A DNA stretch of 64,000 nt from an uncultured virus (IMG/VR IMGVR_UViG_3300042519_003322) (Duplodnaviria; Heunggongvirae; Uroviricota; Caudoviricetes). Shown one piece after another: positions 20,381 through 32,116 of this stretch (its first letter is position 1; the number at the start of each line of letters is the position of its first letter). The stretch lies in IMG/VR virus record IMGVR_UViG_3300042519_003322; one strand, given 5' to 3'. Below the pieces are notes generated by a model, which made no database searches, was not told the DNA's origin, and worked only from the letters and a program-made list of their open reading frames with translations. The position numbers were made by a program, and so were the translations under genes.

Positions 20381-20614
20381 TCACTTATCTACTCCAGTTT
20401 CCAAACTGTCCTCTAAATCCCATTTGTGGGCGAGTGCCATTTCAGCGATGATGGGCATAACGCTCATTCCCTCAGTGCATGCCAAAGTTTCCCAATCACG
20501 CTGTGCCTGTTCGCCTGCGTACTTGCCCTGCTCTATGTCCTGCTTCATGCCCTCGTAGTAGTGGCACACTCTCGCTAGAGTTTCGTACAACTCGTCCAGC
20601 AGTTCCTCATTCAT
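20381..20614 (-). CDS. Hypothetical protein ending in motif A (GVDK*)
   Basis: GAAAGAAGG RBS. Confidence 0.6.
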   Translation of the reverse strand: MNEELLDELYETLARVCHYYEGMKQDIEQGKYAGEQAQRDWETLACTEGMSVMPIIAEMALAHKWDLEDSLETGVDK

Positions 20615-20815
20615 TTCGTAGCCTTCTTTCTAGTAGTGGTTTCTATTGTACCTTGACTTAGACCTTGCCCACTACCTCAGACGGAAAATCAAAGGAGCAT
20701 GATTCTCAACGGCTGAGGCAGTGGTGGTACATAGAGTAGATAAGTCCCCCTATGCCCAAATCCTTTCGGGGTGATGGTGGAATGAGTACCACCATCACCC
20801 TCTAAGGAGACTTAT

Positions 20816-22366
20816 CTACTCCATATCGGGAGAGGACTTGCCCATGTGGTTGAGCCATATCCTGCGGAATGTCCACGGGTACACGCTCTGCGCCTTGCCA
20901 TTTATGCGCAGGTTGCGCAGTTGCTCAATGGCTTCCTCAATATGGGGAACGACGATGTAGCCGTGTTGCTTGGCGTAGGTCATGCACTGCATGGCGAGCA
21001 GGTCAGAGAATCCGTCATTCTTTCCGCACACTCCACCGTCTGTTATCCAAACTAGAGGTGTGGTCCGATATTGGCGATTCTTTACGCCCCACTCAATAGC
21101 GGGGAAATCCACGCCGTTGCCATGTCCGTAGTCAATGTAGTCCACTGTCTCAACCATACGACCCTTATCGGCAACTACCCATGCGTTAGGAGAACCATCG
21201 TGGCGACCCTTATCGCTGTAAATCATCACTGTTGCGCCTTGTGCGTTCTCAATGATTTCAGCGATTTGTTCAGTAGTGAATGACATAGAACCACTAGCGT
21301 CAATGATGACCATGCCACCACTACCACGAACGGTCTTGTCAAAAACTCTCTTGGCAGGGTCGGTCATGAATCGGTGCATACGGCGAGGACGAATACCAAC
21401 ATTTGTGGCGATTCGCTTCTTGCCCATAGAACCAGTGTGATAGCGAGGTAGTGGCTCTCGGCTCACTCGTAGTTCCGCCCAAGAGACTGCTCCACTATTG
21501 TCGGCAGGGGCAATCTTGCCATGAGGATTCCCGTTCTTGTCTCCGTCTTTTTTGGACTCCTCGTATTCGCCACTGTGTTCCTCGCCTGACTTATCTACTC
21601 CACCTTCGGGCTTGCCATCTCCCTCTTGGTCACCCTTGCCACCCTTGCGCTTCTCAGGTGGTGAGAAACTGGCGAGCCTGTCCACCCATTCTGCGATTCG
21701 CTCAGTGTGAGTGAATCCGTATGGGGCGAGTCCATCGTGTTCGTCGGTACTTGCGAGAGTACGACTACCGTGTGCCTTGCGGATTTCTTTCATGGCTCGC
21801 TTGCCAATATCCAGCAGTGCGTCACCCCATGCTCTGTTATGCCTGCGAACACCGTTCAGGAATGTCTTGTGTCCAGCAGTACCAGCGGTAGCGATACACA
21901 TGGCAACTGCTCCAGCCCAATCATTGCTCTTGGCTAGTTGTTCTCCACTTGCTAGTTCGCTTCCGTCTGAGAGAAACTTCTTTACATCAAAGCCTCTCTG
22001 TTGGCAGAGATAGTTCACTCGTAGTTCCTCGGCAACGGTCATTGCTGTTTCTGAGGCTACTAATCGTGCTGTCCACATTTCCATTTGTTCGGGAGTCGGG
22101 GAAACTCGTGCATGCATCATTTCATGCCCACGAATAACACGCTCCATATCTCCATCTTGTGATGGGGCGAACATGATTCTTTTGGAAATGTCTGTACGAG
22201 GCTCGCCACGAACTGGTCGGCAATCCTCAACAGTCCATCGCTCATGCTCCAAGTCATTACGACCAAGCATGTTCGGTTCAGGGCGGTGTTCCCCTCTAGC
22301 AGAGTTATCTACTCCACTAGAAGGGAAGGCGCGACCCCTGCTATTTTTGGCAGGTGTAATAGACAT
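20816..22366 (-). CDS. vWA-domain (CobT-like) protein with N-terminal HExxH
   Basis: HEMMH; acidic Gly-rich linker; IIDASGSM MIDAS, GNG.D, WITDG; next to a MoxR ATPase. Confidence 0.8.
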   Translation of the reverse strand: MSITPAKNSRGRAFPSSGVDNSARGEHRPEPNMLGRNDLEHERWTVEDCRPVRGEPRTDISKRIMFAPSQDGDMERVIRGHEMMHARVSPTPEQMEMWTARLVASETAMTVAEELRVNYLCQQRGFDVKKFLSDGSELASGEQLAKSNDWAGAVAMCIATAGTAGHKTFLNGVRRHNRAWGDALLDIGKRAMKEIRKAHGSRTLASTDEHDGLAPYGFTHTERIAEWVDRLASFSPPEKRKGGKGDQEGDGKPEGGVDKSGEEHSGEYEESKKDGDKNGNPHGKIAPADNSGAVSWAELRVSREPLPRYHTGSMGKKRIATNVGIRPRRMHRFMTDPAKRVFDKTVRGSGGMVIIDASGSMSFTTEQIAEIIENAQGATVMIYSDKGRHDGSPNAWVVADKGRMVETVDYIDYGHGNGVDFPAIEWGVKNRQYRTTPLVWITDGGVCGKNDGFSDLLAMQCMTYAKQHGYIVVPHIEEAIEQLRNLRINGKAQSVYPWTFRRIWLNHMGKSSPDME

Positions 22367-22369
22367 GGA

Positions 22370-23098
22370 CTATTTCACTCCGTCCACGGCTAGAGCGTCA
22401 ATGATTTGCTTGGCTCGTGAGCCGAATGTCAGTTGGCATGCTCGTTCCATTCCAAGACTCTTGCGCAACTTGTCCAAGACCATAAAGGCTCGGAGAGAAA
22501 TGCGTTCTGTTCCACCGTCAGCCATACGAACGGCGTATCCACGCAAGTCGGGAGACAAGCGCAACAAAGCGTCGGGGTGTGGCTGGTTGATTCTGATACG
22601 AACGGGGAAACGGTCTGCGAGTGCGGTTGGCAACTCAGCCATGTTCTCAATGTTCGTGGTCATTACGGCAGAGAATCCCTCTAGAGGGCGAACACTCTCA
22701 CCAGTTTCGGGGTGCTGGAATGAGGCAGACTCGGGAGAGTCCAACATTGCGAGCAGAGTTGCGAATACATCTCCACCAGCCTTGTCCACTTCGTCCACGA
22801 TGAGGCGACCACCCTTAGTGCCATTGCCCTTCCATGCTTTGAGGGCAGAACCGTCAAGCCACTGGAATCCACCATTTGATGAGGGCATGAATCCACCCGT
22901 TACATCCATGTTGGTCATGTCCTCGGTGCAAACCAATCGGAAAGCACCTGCCTGAATATCTCCGAATGTAAGACCAGCGAAAGTCTTACCTGTTCCAGCA
23001 GGTCCGAACAGGATTACCCTGTCAATGCCTGAGTCAAGTGCGTCCTTGACATCTTGCCAACACTGTGGCAATACCGTTGCTTCGTTTATTGTACCCAT
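22370..23098 (-). CDS. MoxR-type AAA+ ATPase (CobS/CbbQ-like)
   Basis: GPAGTGKT, W.DG, LIVDEVDK, TTN, ALADRF; AAGGAG RBS. Confidence 0.88.
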   Translation of the reverse strand: MGTINEATVLPQCWQDVKDALDSGIDRVILFGPAGTGKTFAGLTFGDIQAGAFRLVCTEDMTNMDVTGGFMPSSNGGFQWLDGSALKAWKGNGTKGGRLIVDEVDKAGGDVFATLLAMLDSPESASFQHPETGESVRPLEGFSAVMTTNIENMAELPTALADRFPVRIRINQPHPDALLRLSPDLRGYAVRMADGGTERISLRAFMVLDKLRKSLGMERACQLTFGSRAKQIIDALAVDGVK

Positions 23099-23460
23099 GA
23101 TGATTTGCTCCTTTAGTAGCGGTTGGTTGGGATACACGAACCATACCACCCTCGGTACAGACTTTCATAATCTGTTTACACCTCATTATGTGTCCATATA
23201 TATAGAGAGAGACTTATCTACTCTCCATGCAGACTTATCTACTCTCCATACATATAGGGAGACTTATCTACTCTGTTCCTCTGAACGGCGGTGGCGAACC
23301 AGCAACGCACGAACTCCGATTTATCTATTACCCCCCCATTCGCCTTCACCGCCTTCCGTCGGCGAAAGCCCCGCTGGGGTGTCGGTGGTGGCCGGGGCTC
23401 CTGCCCAAAAAAGGAGACTTATCTACTCTAAGGTCTAGTCAGTAAAGAAAGGAGACTTAT

Positions 23461-23952
23461 CTACTCTTTGATATTTCTGTCAGCAACTACTCGCCACAAA
23501 CCCTTTTTTACTTTCGTGTAAAGGGGAGATTCCGTGAGGTGTCGCAGCGTTGTCTGATAAGAAAATCCCGAAATCTCAACCAGTTGTTCTGTTGAGTATT
23601 CTTGAGTTCTGTTCTCTTTCGCCCATTTATCAAAGGCGTCGTACTTCTCTTGTCGTCGTGGCATTCTGCTTCCCATGTCCAACGCCGTGGCTTCTATCTC
23701 CAGATGGGAAAGATATTTATCAGTAAAAGATTCCATGCCCTGCAATGAATAACGGCGCAATGTAGAAATGGGATTCCCAACAGAACCCTCTCTCTGCCAT
23801 ATCTCTAGAATATAAAGACCTCTGACAATTTCGGCTATTTTTGTTCTTTCGTCCCAGTGTGCGTACTGTTCTTTTGGCGTCTTATATTTCTTGTTGTATT
23901 CCGCATAAAGTCGTGCGTGTTCCTCAAGTGCGAAAGCGATGGTGAAGTTCAT
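23461..23952 (-). CDS. Hypothetical protein with C-terminal winged-helix-like segment
   Basis: YSTEQLVEISGFSYQTTLRHL..KVKKGLW; stop codon lies within motif A. Confidence 0.6.
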   Translation of the reverse strand: MNFTIAFALEEHARLYAEYNKKYKTPKEQYAHWDERTKIAEIVRGLYILEIWQREGSVGNPISTLRRYSLQGMESFTDKYLSHLEIEATALDMGSRMPRRQEKYDAFDKWAKENRTQEYSTEQLVEISGFSYQTTLRHLTESPLYTKVKKGLWRVVADRNIKE

Positions 23953-24095
23953 TTTGTTTTCCCTTTGTTTGGGTTGGTCTGCGACCATATCACTAAGGTA
24001 TCAGACTTTCTAAAGTGCTTGCGATAAAATCAAAAAAGTGCCACCGCTTGCTCGACGGTGACACTTCTTTGAGCAGTATGAGGATTGTGACTTAT

Positions 24096-24981
24096 CTACT
24101 CCAATAAGGCGAGGGCATTTCGTTGCGCACCGTCAATGAGGATTCGCAGGTCTAGGAGCATGTCCACCATCTCGGCAGAGGTCACCAACCCCCTGCCTGA
24201 GCAACTGGCTATTGCCTTGTCCAACATGACAGTTGCCTGCCCTAATAAGGTGGGGGTTGATGACTCGTCCATGACTTATCTACTCCTTTGTCTTTCGTTT
24301 TGGGGCTTCGTTCAGCAAGTCCTTGTAAGCGAGGGCATTTACAGCAAGGTGCATATAAGCGACTGTTGCCAATAGGTGGTCAGGGATTCTCCCGCCGACT
24401 TCCTCGTTCTCGTCCACCTCGGAGACAGTGCAGGTGGGTTCATCGTCAAATACGGGAACTCCCTTGTCGTCGTAGCGATACAGGGAAGTGACATTCCAAA
24501 TGTGACTGCCACTCCAGTCCACAGCCGTAAAGACGATTCCTTCTCTGACGGTAGAAAATGGATTTTCTTTGTAGTCCTTCTCAAACAATCTATTTCTGTT
24601 CACATCGCCAGCCCACTCAGTCTCCTCAGCGTCGGAAACATCATCTCTCATGTATCCCTCAACACAAAGGAGCAAGAAAGAGAATGGACGAATAGGCAAA
24701 GCATGGACAACTTCGTCATAAGCCTCTAAGACATTTTCTTTATGAATGAGAGGAACAACGGCAATGTGGTACGGAAGTGAAAGATTGTTTTCTTTTTGAT
24801 ATTCCAAAGCACCATCATGGTCAGGGTTGTCCTCATTGCTTTCCACAGCGATAAGCAGTAGCGGTGGATTGTCCTGCATGGGTTCGTCCTTGCACATTTC
24901 TGTTTTTGCGTAACAGACTCGGTTTAGGACTTCTTCCATTATGCTCTTGATGTCCTCATCAACTTTTTCTTGCGGTTTCAT
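24096..24981 (-). CDS. Two hypothetical proteins (24280-24981; 24096-24272, 58 aa, translated manually)
   Basis: GAAAGGGG RBS; both end GAG-TAG inside motif A. Confidence 0.6.
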
Positions 24982-25099
24982 TTCAGTTCCCCTTTCTAGG
25001 GATTGGTAGGTATGTGAACAGTACCACGATGGGTACAGATTTCTAAAAGTTATCTACTCTAAGTGGGAGTCGGTACAAGCCCCCACCTACAGTATTTTC

Positions 25100-25324
25100 T
25101 TACTTTTTCTTTCCAAGGAGTTTCGTTACCGAAACGCCCAATGCTTCACTTACGGCGAGCAGTGTTTCCACGCTCGGTTGGAATCGTCCATTCTCAATAC
25201 GATTTACGGTTTTACGGTCAAGACCAGCCCTGTCTGCTAGTTCTAACTGTGACCATCCATTGTCTTGTCTGCATAGTCGTACTGATTCAGAGATTACTTC
25301 TCCTGATTTTGTGATATTTCCCAT
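25100..25324 (-). CDS. XRE-family HTH regulator
   Basis: WSQLELADRAGLDRKTVNRIENG..PSVETL..VSEALGV. Confidence 0.9.
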   Translation of the reverse strand: MGNITKSGEVISESVRLCRQDNGWSQLELADRAGLDRKTVNRIENGRFQPSVETLLAVSEALGVSVTKLLGKKK

Positions 25325-25377
25325 TATGGGTTACTTCCTTCTTTGTTAGGGGGTTTGTATTTATTTACTTATTTGGC

Positions 25378-26133
25378 TTAGATAGATGAAATGAAAGTTC
25401 TTGGCGTTCTCCCTTCTTTTTCACAACGGCGAACATAGGACAAGTGCTTTTTGTATTCGGACATACAAGTAGTCATATCGTCATCGCACTGTTCCATGAG
25501 AAAGTTGTTCCATTCAGATTCGGCTTCGTACCATTCGTGGAGCATGTCATCAGTTGCTCCTTCGGCGTGGGCTTTTTCGCAAAGTTTGTGCAACTCGGGT
25601 GTCTGCCTATTAGGGTCACGATGACCCGACTCAATGGTGACTCCATTGTGGTAGACCGCCCAAAGCACAAAGGCTCGTGATTCCTCGTCTGAGGAAACTC
25701 CAAAGATGAGACTCGGATACAAAGCAGAAATAGCCAGTATTAGTCCATCGGCAGGACTCCAAGCAGTTTCGTAACGGAGAGAAAGTTGATTTTTATTGAC
25801 TTCAGGGTCATCTATCTCAACTCGGCATGCACCCCACTTACTTCCCCAAGTCTGCAATGCATTTGCGTACCCGTCAAAACCATCAGTTTCCAATGACGCA
25901 AAGACAGACATGACTGTTGTGACTTCCTCTCCCTCATCATTTTTGTGTACATGGGTACGAGTGGCACTGCCTCTTGGGTCAAGAGGAACGAGTTTGTTTA
26001 GTTCATACTCAGCAACGACTCGTGGTTGAGTTTCGTCTGACATGACATGGGCAACCGTGATATCTGCAAGAAACCTTTTGAGTTCTCGCTTACTTCCAGT
26101 GACTGTCATGTAGTTGTAGCACCAGTTTGGCAT
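25378..26133 (-). CDS. DUF1281/YubB-like ferredoxin-fold protein
   Basis: MPNWC.N...VTG; WGSKWG; YETAWSP. Confidence 0.75.
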   Translation of the reverse strand: MPNWCYNYMTVTGSKRELKRFLADITVAHVMSDETQPRVVAEYELNKLVPLDPRGSATRTHVHKNDEGEEVTTVMSVFASLETDGFDGYANALQTWGSKWGACRVEIDDPEVNKNQLSLRYETAWSPADGLILAISALYPSLIFGVSSDEESRAFVLWAVYHNGVTIESGHRDPNRQTPELHKLCEKAHAEGATDDMLHEWYEAESEWNNFLMEQCDDDMTTCMSEYKKHLSYVRRCEKEGRTPRTFISSI

Positions 26134-26401
26134 GGCTTCCTTCTTTCGGTTGGTGGGTGTGAGGAAAGCATACCATCGCTGGTACAGGCTTCTGTGTTGT
26201 GACTCTTCCACCACCGTCATTGTGTTTCCTGACTTATCTACTCTGTATGTGCTGTTGATTTCGTGCGTCCGATTTATCTATTACCCCCCAATCGCAAATT
26301 CTGCTCGCCTTCGGATTTTTTGTTTTTTCGGCGAGAGCCCCGGGGGCATTGAGTCCGATGCGGGGCTCCTGGCCAAAATAAACCCAATCGGGTGGACTTA
26401 T

Positions 26402-28264
26402 CTACTCTAATAGGCTGGCGTAAAGCAGGTTGGTCTTGACGGCCCTATCGCCACTGAGCCTTCTCGTCTGCCTGAGAAATCCAATGAGGTGGCTCACCTT
26501 TGGTAGGTGCATGTCAGTTTCATCGGACCAGCCGTAATCATCAAAGGATGACTTATCTACTGGTACTGGGGCGAACGAAATAAGTAGCACTTTTTCATCT
26601 TTGTCCGCTTGGCTCATGTGACATTCTGCTCCGACGAGAATCAGGTCACGATGAAACAAGGTATGCCGTAGGTACGACATTATGATGGACAAATACAGGA
26701 ACAGCACTTATCTACTCTGATACTGCTTTGATGGTGAAGTTCATGTCACTGGCAGGGGTCCGCTTTTTATCGTGAGGCATATAGGTCACGCCCATGGTGA
26801 GCGATAACATCATTGCCGAAATCTCAGCGTCGGTCATTCCGTAGTCATCACGCAATGTGTCCTCTAGCGAGCCATTGGCATACTCGTCCCAAATAATCGC
26901 CAGTGCTTCTACTGCAGAAGTAACTAGAGAATAGTAGTTGTACCAAATGATGTCCTGAATCTCCAATAACTCAGAAAGGCTATTTTTTGACTTATCTACT
27001 CCACGTGTCATTGGTTCACTCTCCACTCGGACTGGGGCATACAACCAAGGGCGAAAAAGTCCTCTAGTCCCTCTGCCGTTCCACAGTCTGAACAAACATA
27101 GGTTGAGTTGTCAGTGCGTGATAACGCTCCAACATATTTGCCTCGCTGTAGGTCATTTGGGATACCCCCGAAACAGCGAGGGCAGGTGTGTTGGTCAAGT
27201 GCGATACTCATGATTTTCTCATTTCTTTTTTGATTTGCTGTAACAGCATAAGGGTGTCTTTGTACATTTGACTGTCAGTTCCGTGAAGGTCGGCTTCCAT
27301 TTCTAGATTTGCCTCGTGTTCGTCGTGGAGTCTCCACAACTCGTCATCGCCTTCCTCAAGACAGGCAACATGGTCACTCCCCATCTCAACAATCTTCACC
27401 CAAGAAAGAATGGCTCGGAGAAAAGCAGAGCCAAAGTCGTAGTCGGGTGGGCATGCACGAACCTCAGTACGGAACTCCTCGATTTCGTGTTCGGGGACTC
27501 CCTCTCGTCGGAGAAAGTGGACAATCTCTGAGATGATATGGGAATCAGTCATTCCAACAATGCTGAGGCTGATGTTGTCATATTTGGGCTTTATTTGTAA
27601 GTGTGTCATGTTCCTCACCACTTGTAGTCTGTGTAAAAAATCGGATTTTCTGTGAAGTGAAGGTTGTTGCTACTTTCACTCATTCTGTATGTTCCATTCT
27701 TGCGGAGTCTCACTACCTTGACATCGCCAAGAGGGTCGGAGATTGCTTTGAGTCCTACCACGGGCAATGGCGCACCATCGGTATAGACCTGCTCTCCTCT
27801 AGTCATTGACCTGAGTGTAATCGTCTTGGCTGTCTTTTTGATTACCTCGTAACAGAGTGTGTCTGTCACCAGTGTCTCCGTCATGTACTCCTTTGTCAAT
27901 AACTCGGTCATGAATCCAGTGTTTGTCGTTTCCATCAGGAATCATCTCCATCATCATCGGCTTCGTCGTCAATGCCTTGGGGTGCTTCCACATCAGGGAA
28001 GTAAACGATAATGCCTCTGCCCATGTCATCAAAGACTGGACTGGAGAGTGCCATACACAAGTCATCGTCCGTAACCATAAGAGCGAAACGGAAAGCGTCC
28101 TGAATCCCGTCCATGTCAATGCCTAGACACTGCTTGCCATACATGTTGCGTCCGCTATAGGAGCGCAGTTCGGCTCCGTCAATGTCATTCAGGAGAGTCT
28201 GAATGTCCTCAACTTGCGTGTCCGTTAGTGCTTTGGGTTTATCCCATCCTGCTGTCATTCTCAT
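26402..28264 (-). CDS. Operon of small hypothetical genes (27935-28264, 27615-27935, 27208-27609, 27008-27211 Zn-finger, 26712-27011, 26402-about 26700)
   Basis: Overlapping stop/start chain behind the promoter at about 28310; CPRC..ALSRTDN..VCSDCG in 27008-27211. Confidence 0.6.
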
Positions 28265-28619
28265 TGGTGACCCCTTTCGGTCTTGGTTGTTGCCCAACAG
28301 TACCACGCTGGGTACAGACTTCCATAGTTATCTACTCTGATGAGACTCTTCCACCACCGTCATATATTTTCGGGAGTTATCTATTACCCCCCCATGCTCG
28401 TCTGGATTTTTCATTTTATTTTCATTTCGGAAAAACGGATTTATCTATTACCCCCCCCCATCGGCTGGATTTTCGGCGAGAGCCCCGGCCCGTTGCACAT
28501 GTCAGCGGGGCTTCTGCCTGAAATCGGGGGCGCACTCGAAAAGTTATCTACTCTACCAATGCCCAAAAAGTTATCTACTCTACTAATGCCCAGCGAAGCG
28601 CACTAGCAGAGTAGATAAG

Positions 28620-28955
28620 TCAATCGGGGTTGGGGGTGTTTCCGAATCGCACTTCATAACGGGCAAGTGCCGAAGGCAAATCGGCGCAGTAATCTCCCGA
28701 TTCCAGATACCACCCATCATCACGGCAGACAGCGACCCACACTCCGAACGGGTGAAGCGTGTTATGGGGGATGAGACACAGGACCGACCACACGGCGTAG
28801 GCGTCATACGAGCGAAGCAATCTGCTGGCGAGAATGGTCACAGGGAAGGTACTGCTACACGGGGTGAAGGTGTCCCCTATCGCCAATAGTTCGGGCTGGT
28901 CGTGGGGCAAGTTCGTCGGTGCTTGGGTAATCAGTGGGTACTTATCTACTCTCAT
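28620..28955 (-). CDS. Hypothetical protein starting in motif A (MRVDKY)
   Basis: Start 2 nt after the upstream stop; similar to 38978-39280. Confidence 0.55.
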   Translation of the reverse strand: MRVDKYPLITQAPTNLPHDQPELLAIGDTFTPCSSTFPVTILASRLLRSYDAYAVWSVLCLIPHNTLHPFGVWVAVCRDDGWYLESGDYCADLPSALARYEVRFGNTPNPD

Positions 28956-28957
28956 TA

Positions 28958-29407
28958 CTAGACCCCCTCTCCGCTTAGCCACTTGTCAAACTCTGCCTCA
29001 CTCAGCGAGTGAACCTTAGGCGTCAGGTCCACATTCGCAATAAGGTTCTTGATACGGTCCGTGATTTCCTCGTTAGCGAGTAACACTTCTGCCATTTCAC
29101 GGAAAGCACTGGATAGAAACTCTTTCGGAATATCGTGATTCTCTCCGTCGTATTCGCCATCTTGCGAAAGTGAGCCAATGATTACGCAATCACCAACGAG
29201 AGGGCGACCAAAGATGATACTTGCGAGGATGTTCGGCTCTAATCCGATGAGCAGTCCCTCGTCGTTCACATATCCGACGATGTCCTCATTCCTCACGCAG
29301 TCAATCCAGCCACCACAAAGTTCGTTCAGAACAAGGTGACCATTCTCTGAAGGTATTTCAGTGGGTTCTATTTCTCCCGTGGTCTTGATGAGTAGTCCTA
29401 GTGCCAT
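28958..29407 (-). CDS. DUF3846-like protein
   Basis: L..LCGGWID.V...YVNDEGL..L.PN..AS...LVGD.VI.G. Confidence 0.75.
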   Translation of the reverse strand: MALGLLIKTTGEIEPTEIPSENGHLVLNELCGGWIDCVRNEDIVGYVNDEGLLIGLEPNILASIIFGRPLVGDCVIIGSLSQDGEYDGENHDIPKEFLSSAFREMAEVLLANEEITDRIKNLIANVDLTPKVHSLSEAEFDKWLSGEGV

Positions 29408-29680
29408 TAGCGCGACCCCTTTCGGTCTGTTTGTTGTTAGGTGATGTCAGCGTACCACACGGGGTACAGACTTCCACATTTCCGAACTTATCTATTACCC
29501 CCCCAGTGTTCCTCGCCTCACTTTTGGGCAAGAGCCCCGTTGAGGTAGGCGTGCCGGCGGGGCTTCTGCCCCAAACTCTCGCTCGTCGGGTGGACTTATC
29601 TACTCTATCTCTCTCGCCCACTGGGGGACTTATCTACTCTCACTGCGGTAATGAGAGTAGATAAGTGTTGCCCTAGTTTG

Positions 29681-30076
29681 TTAGGCGGTCTTAGCGACGG
29701 GCTTCACTGCGCCTTTTGCTGGGCGTACCAACACTCGGACAGATGTGGTCACTGAGGTAATCGCCTTGACAACCTTCGCTGGAACTTTGCCTTCCTTGAC
29801 AGCCCTATCCCACGCTGAGGTATCCACGCTTGGCTTGGTGACGGTGCGGAATAGTGGTGCGCTGATTAGGTCACGCAACTTCTCAATGTCAAATGAGCGT
29901 CGGTCACTTGGGCTGATTTTGATGTTGATTTCCTCGTAGTCAAGCGTGTCCACGCCGTGCTTGGCATAGACAGCGAGCAAGAGTTCTTTCGCTTCGTCGT
30001 GAGCCTGCTCTGCTTGCTCTTTGGCGGTGAGAGCGTTTAGAAACGCCTCGGTTGCTTTGCTTACTTCCTTCTCCAT
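29681..30076 (-). CDS. Hypothetical protein, possibly Gam/Gp157-like coiled coil
   Basis: GAAAGGGG RBS; N-terminal coiled coil, RRSFD.EKL, K.SVD. Confidence 0.5.
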   Translation of the reverse strand: MEKEVSKATEAFLNALTAKEQAEQAHDEAKELLLAVYAKHGVDTLDYEEINIKISPSDRRSFDIEKLRDLISAPLFRTVTKPSVDTSAWDRAVKEGKVPAKVVKAITSVTTSVRVLVRPAKGAVKPVAKTA

Positions 30077-30648
30077 TGGAAACCCCTTTCGGTAGGTACT
30101 TTTATTGGGAGAACCACAGGCGTATTGCTTGTGGCTTGCCACAAGCATATACCGCCTAGTACAGACTTCCAACTTCACTTGACACTTATCTACTCTGATG
30201 TAGTCGGCTCGCCCCAACCCCCTTTGATGTAGGATTTATCTATTACCCCCCCATTGTCAGGGCTGACCCTCGTTTGGGGCGGAGGCCCCGGCGGTGTTGG
30301 GGTTTGTGGCGGGGCTTCTGCCAAAAAGTCGGCTTTTTTGCGAGATGGGTGGGTAATAGATAAGTGAGCATTTACATTTGGGATTACGACACTCGGCTTG
30401 CTCGGATACAACGACTGACAGACGAGGCGAACAGGCTTACGGCTCTTGTCCGTCAGGCGAACTCGGATACTCGCACTTGGCTCAATCGCAGTAGTTTCAG
30501 AGTTATCTACTCCAACAACATAGACACGCCCGATACAGAGTAGATAAGTAAGAGTAGATAAGTCGGAATAAGTAAAAGGGGCTGACTCACCACTATCGGC
30601 AAGCCAGCCCCTACTTTTGGGTGAAGTCCCTCTCAGAAGGGAAAGGGG

Positions 30649-31095
30649 TTAGAGGTACTTCACCACGCTGTGATAGGTGCTAGTGGAGACAACATCACTC
30701 ACACTCATCTCCAAAATACGGATAGCACTTTGGATTACTTCTTTGTCGTGGTTGTATTCATACTCACGGTATAGGTCGGGGTGAGTTGGTGCTTCCATAG
30801 CGAGCAACTTAGTGGGCATTTCCAATCGGAGTTCCACGACAGTATTCATTTTCGTACCAGCGGTGTGTCGCCAATCTGAGTTAGAAACTGACATCGGTGA
30901 AGATTTGTTGGTTTTCAGAAAAGCGAGAACTGCCTTGACTCGCTCTGTCTCGTACTTTTCTTTTGCTTTTTCGTAGTCGGCTTCCAACTTTTCATTTTTT
31001 GCGAAACGGACTTCACGCTCTGCTAATGATTTCTGTAAGGCTTTGATGAGTGCGCTCACCTCAACCTTTACATTTATGGTTTTTGCGTTAGACAT
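30649..31095 (-). CDS. Hypothetical protein
   Basis: AAGGAG RBS; own promoter at about 31155. Confidence 0.65.
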   Translation of the reverse strand: MSNAKTINVKVEVSALIKALQKSLAEREVRFAKNEKLEADYEKAKEKYETERVKAVLAFLKTNKSSPMSVSNSDWRHTAGTKMNTVVELRLEMPTKLLAMEAPTHPDLYREYEYNHDKEVIQSAIRILEMSVSDVVSTSTYHSVVKYL

Positions 31096-31252
31096 TTTCT
31101 CTCCTTGTCGGCAGGGGTAGGTGTTCCGCTGACAATAAGAACAGTACCACTCTAGGTACAGACTTCTAAGACTTATCTACTCTAGTAATAACAAAGTCCC
31201 CGACAGTCGGGGGAGACTATCGGGGACTAGGTATTGCTGGTGGAGATAGGTG

Positions 31253-31729
31253 CTAGTCGGTCTTTGTCACTCCAAATGTAACGAACTCACGAAAAGCCTC
31301 TGCCAACGAACCTGACGCTAATCCCTCGTCAAGCATTGTATTTTCTTTGTCATCTTGGAAACGGAGTACGCTCGCCACGCTCTCACGGTTTGCTACGACT
31401 GCGATACGGACTCGCCTGCGCTCAGGGTGCTTGCTAGGTGGCACATCTGCCTCGCTGTCAATCTCATCGGCGGGGAGTGGTGAAGCCCAACCACAAGTAA
31501 CCAACATTGTGTAGGCATAGCCCGAAGCGACGACTGCGCTTTCATCGTCATCTAACAGTTCATAGACATTGTAGTTCTTGGCTATGTTCTCAATACTGAT
31601 TTCGCCCTTGTCTCCCAAAGACACTCCATAGACCAGAGCGTGGGTCAGGTGGAACGGGTCGTACTCGTTACTTTCTAATGTCTGATGGAGATGGTTCTCC
31701 ACCATTTCGGCTACTTGGACTGCGTTCAT
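31253..31729 (-). CDS. Hypothetical protein (paralog of 38580-38981)
   Basis: YELL...GWASP...PSKHPERRRVRI. Confidence 0.65.
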   Translation of the reverse strand: MNAVQVAEMVENHLHQTLESNEYDPFHLTHALVYGVSLGDKGEISIENIAKNYNVYELLDDDESAVVASGYAYTMLVTCGWASPLPADEIDSEADVPPSKHPERRRVRIAVVANRESVASVLRFQDDKENTMLDEGLASGSLAEAFREFVTFGVTKTD

Positions 31730-32116
31730 TTGGGTTTCCCTTTCGGTTGGGTGTTGCGGTACTCCACTAAAGTACCACGACGGGTACAGACTTCCATTAC
31801 TTATCTACTCTATTCCTTTCCACCACCGTCATATATTTTTAGGCTGACTCGGCGTTGCCTGCGCCCTCAAAAAAAAACGGATTTATCTATTACCCCCCCA
31901 CTTGGCTCGCTCACCCCGCCCTTGCTTTTTTGGCGGAAGCCCCGGGGGAAACCGAGCGCAGCGGGGCTTATGGCCGAAATCGGACTGCTGGCGAAAAAGT
32001 AGAGGGGTGGACTTATCTACTCTAAGACCAAGAGAAAAAAAGAGAGAGGGGGGGCTTGCCTACCCCCGTGAAAGGGGGGGGTAGGGGGTAGGCAAGTATC
32101 CCGAACGCCTACGCCC

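Noticed and set aside
22173..22955. 260-aa + strand ORF
   Set aside because: Antisense shadow of the MoxR ATPase and vWA genes
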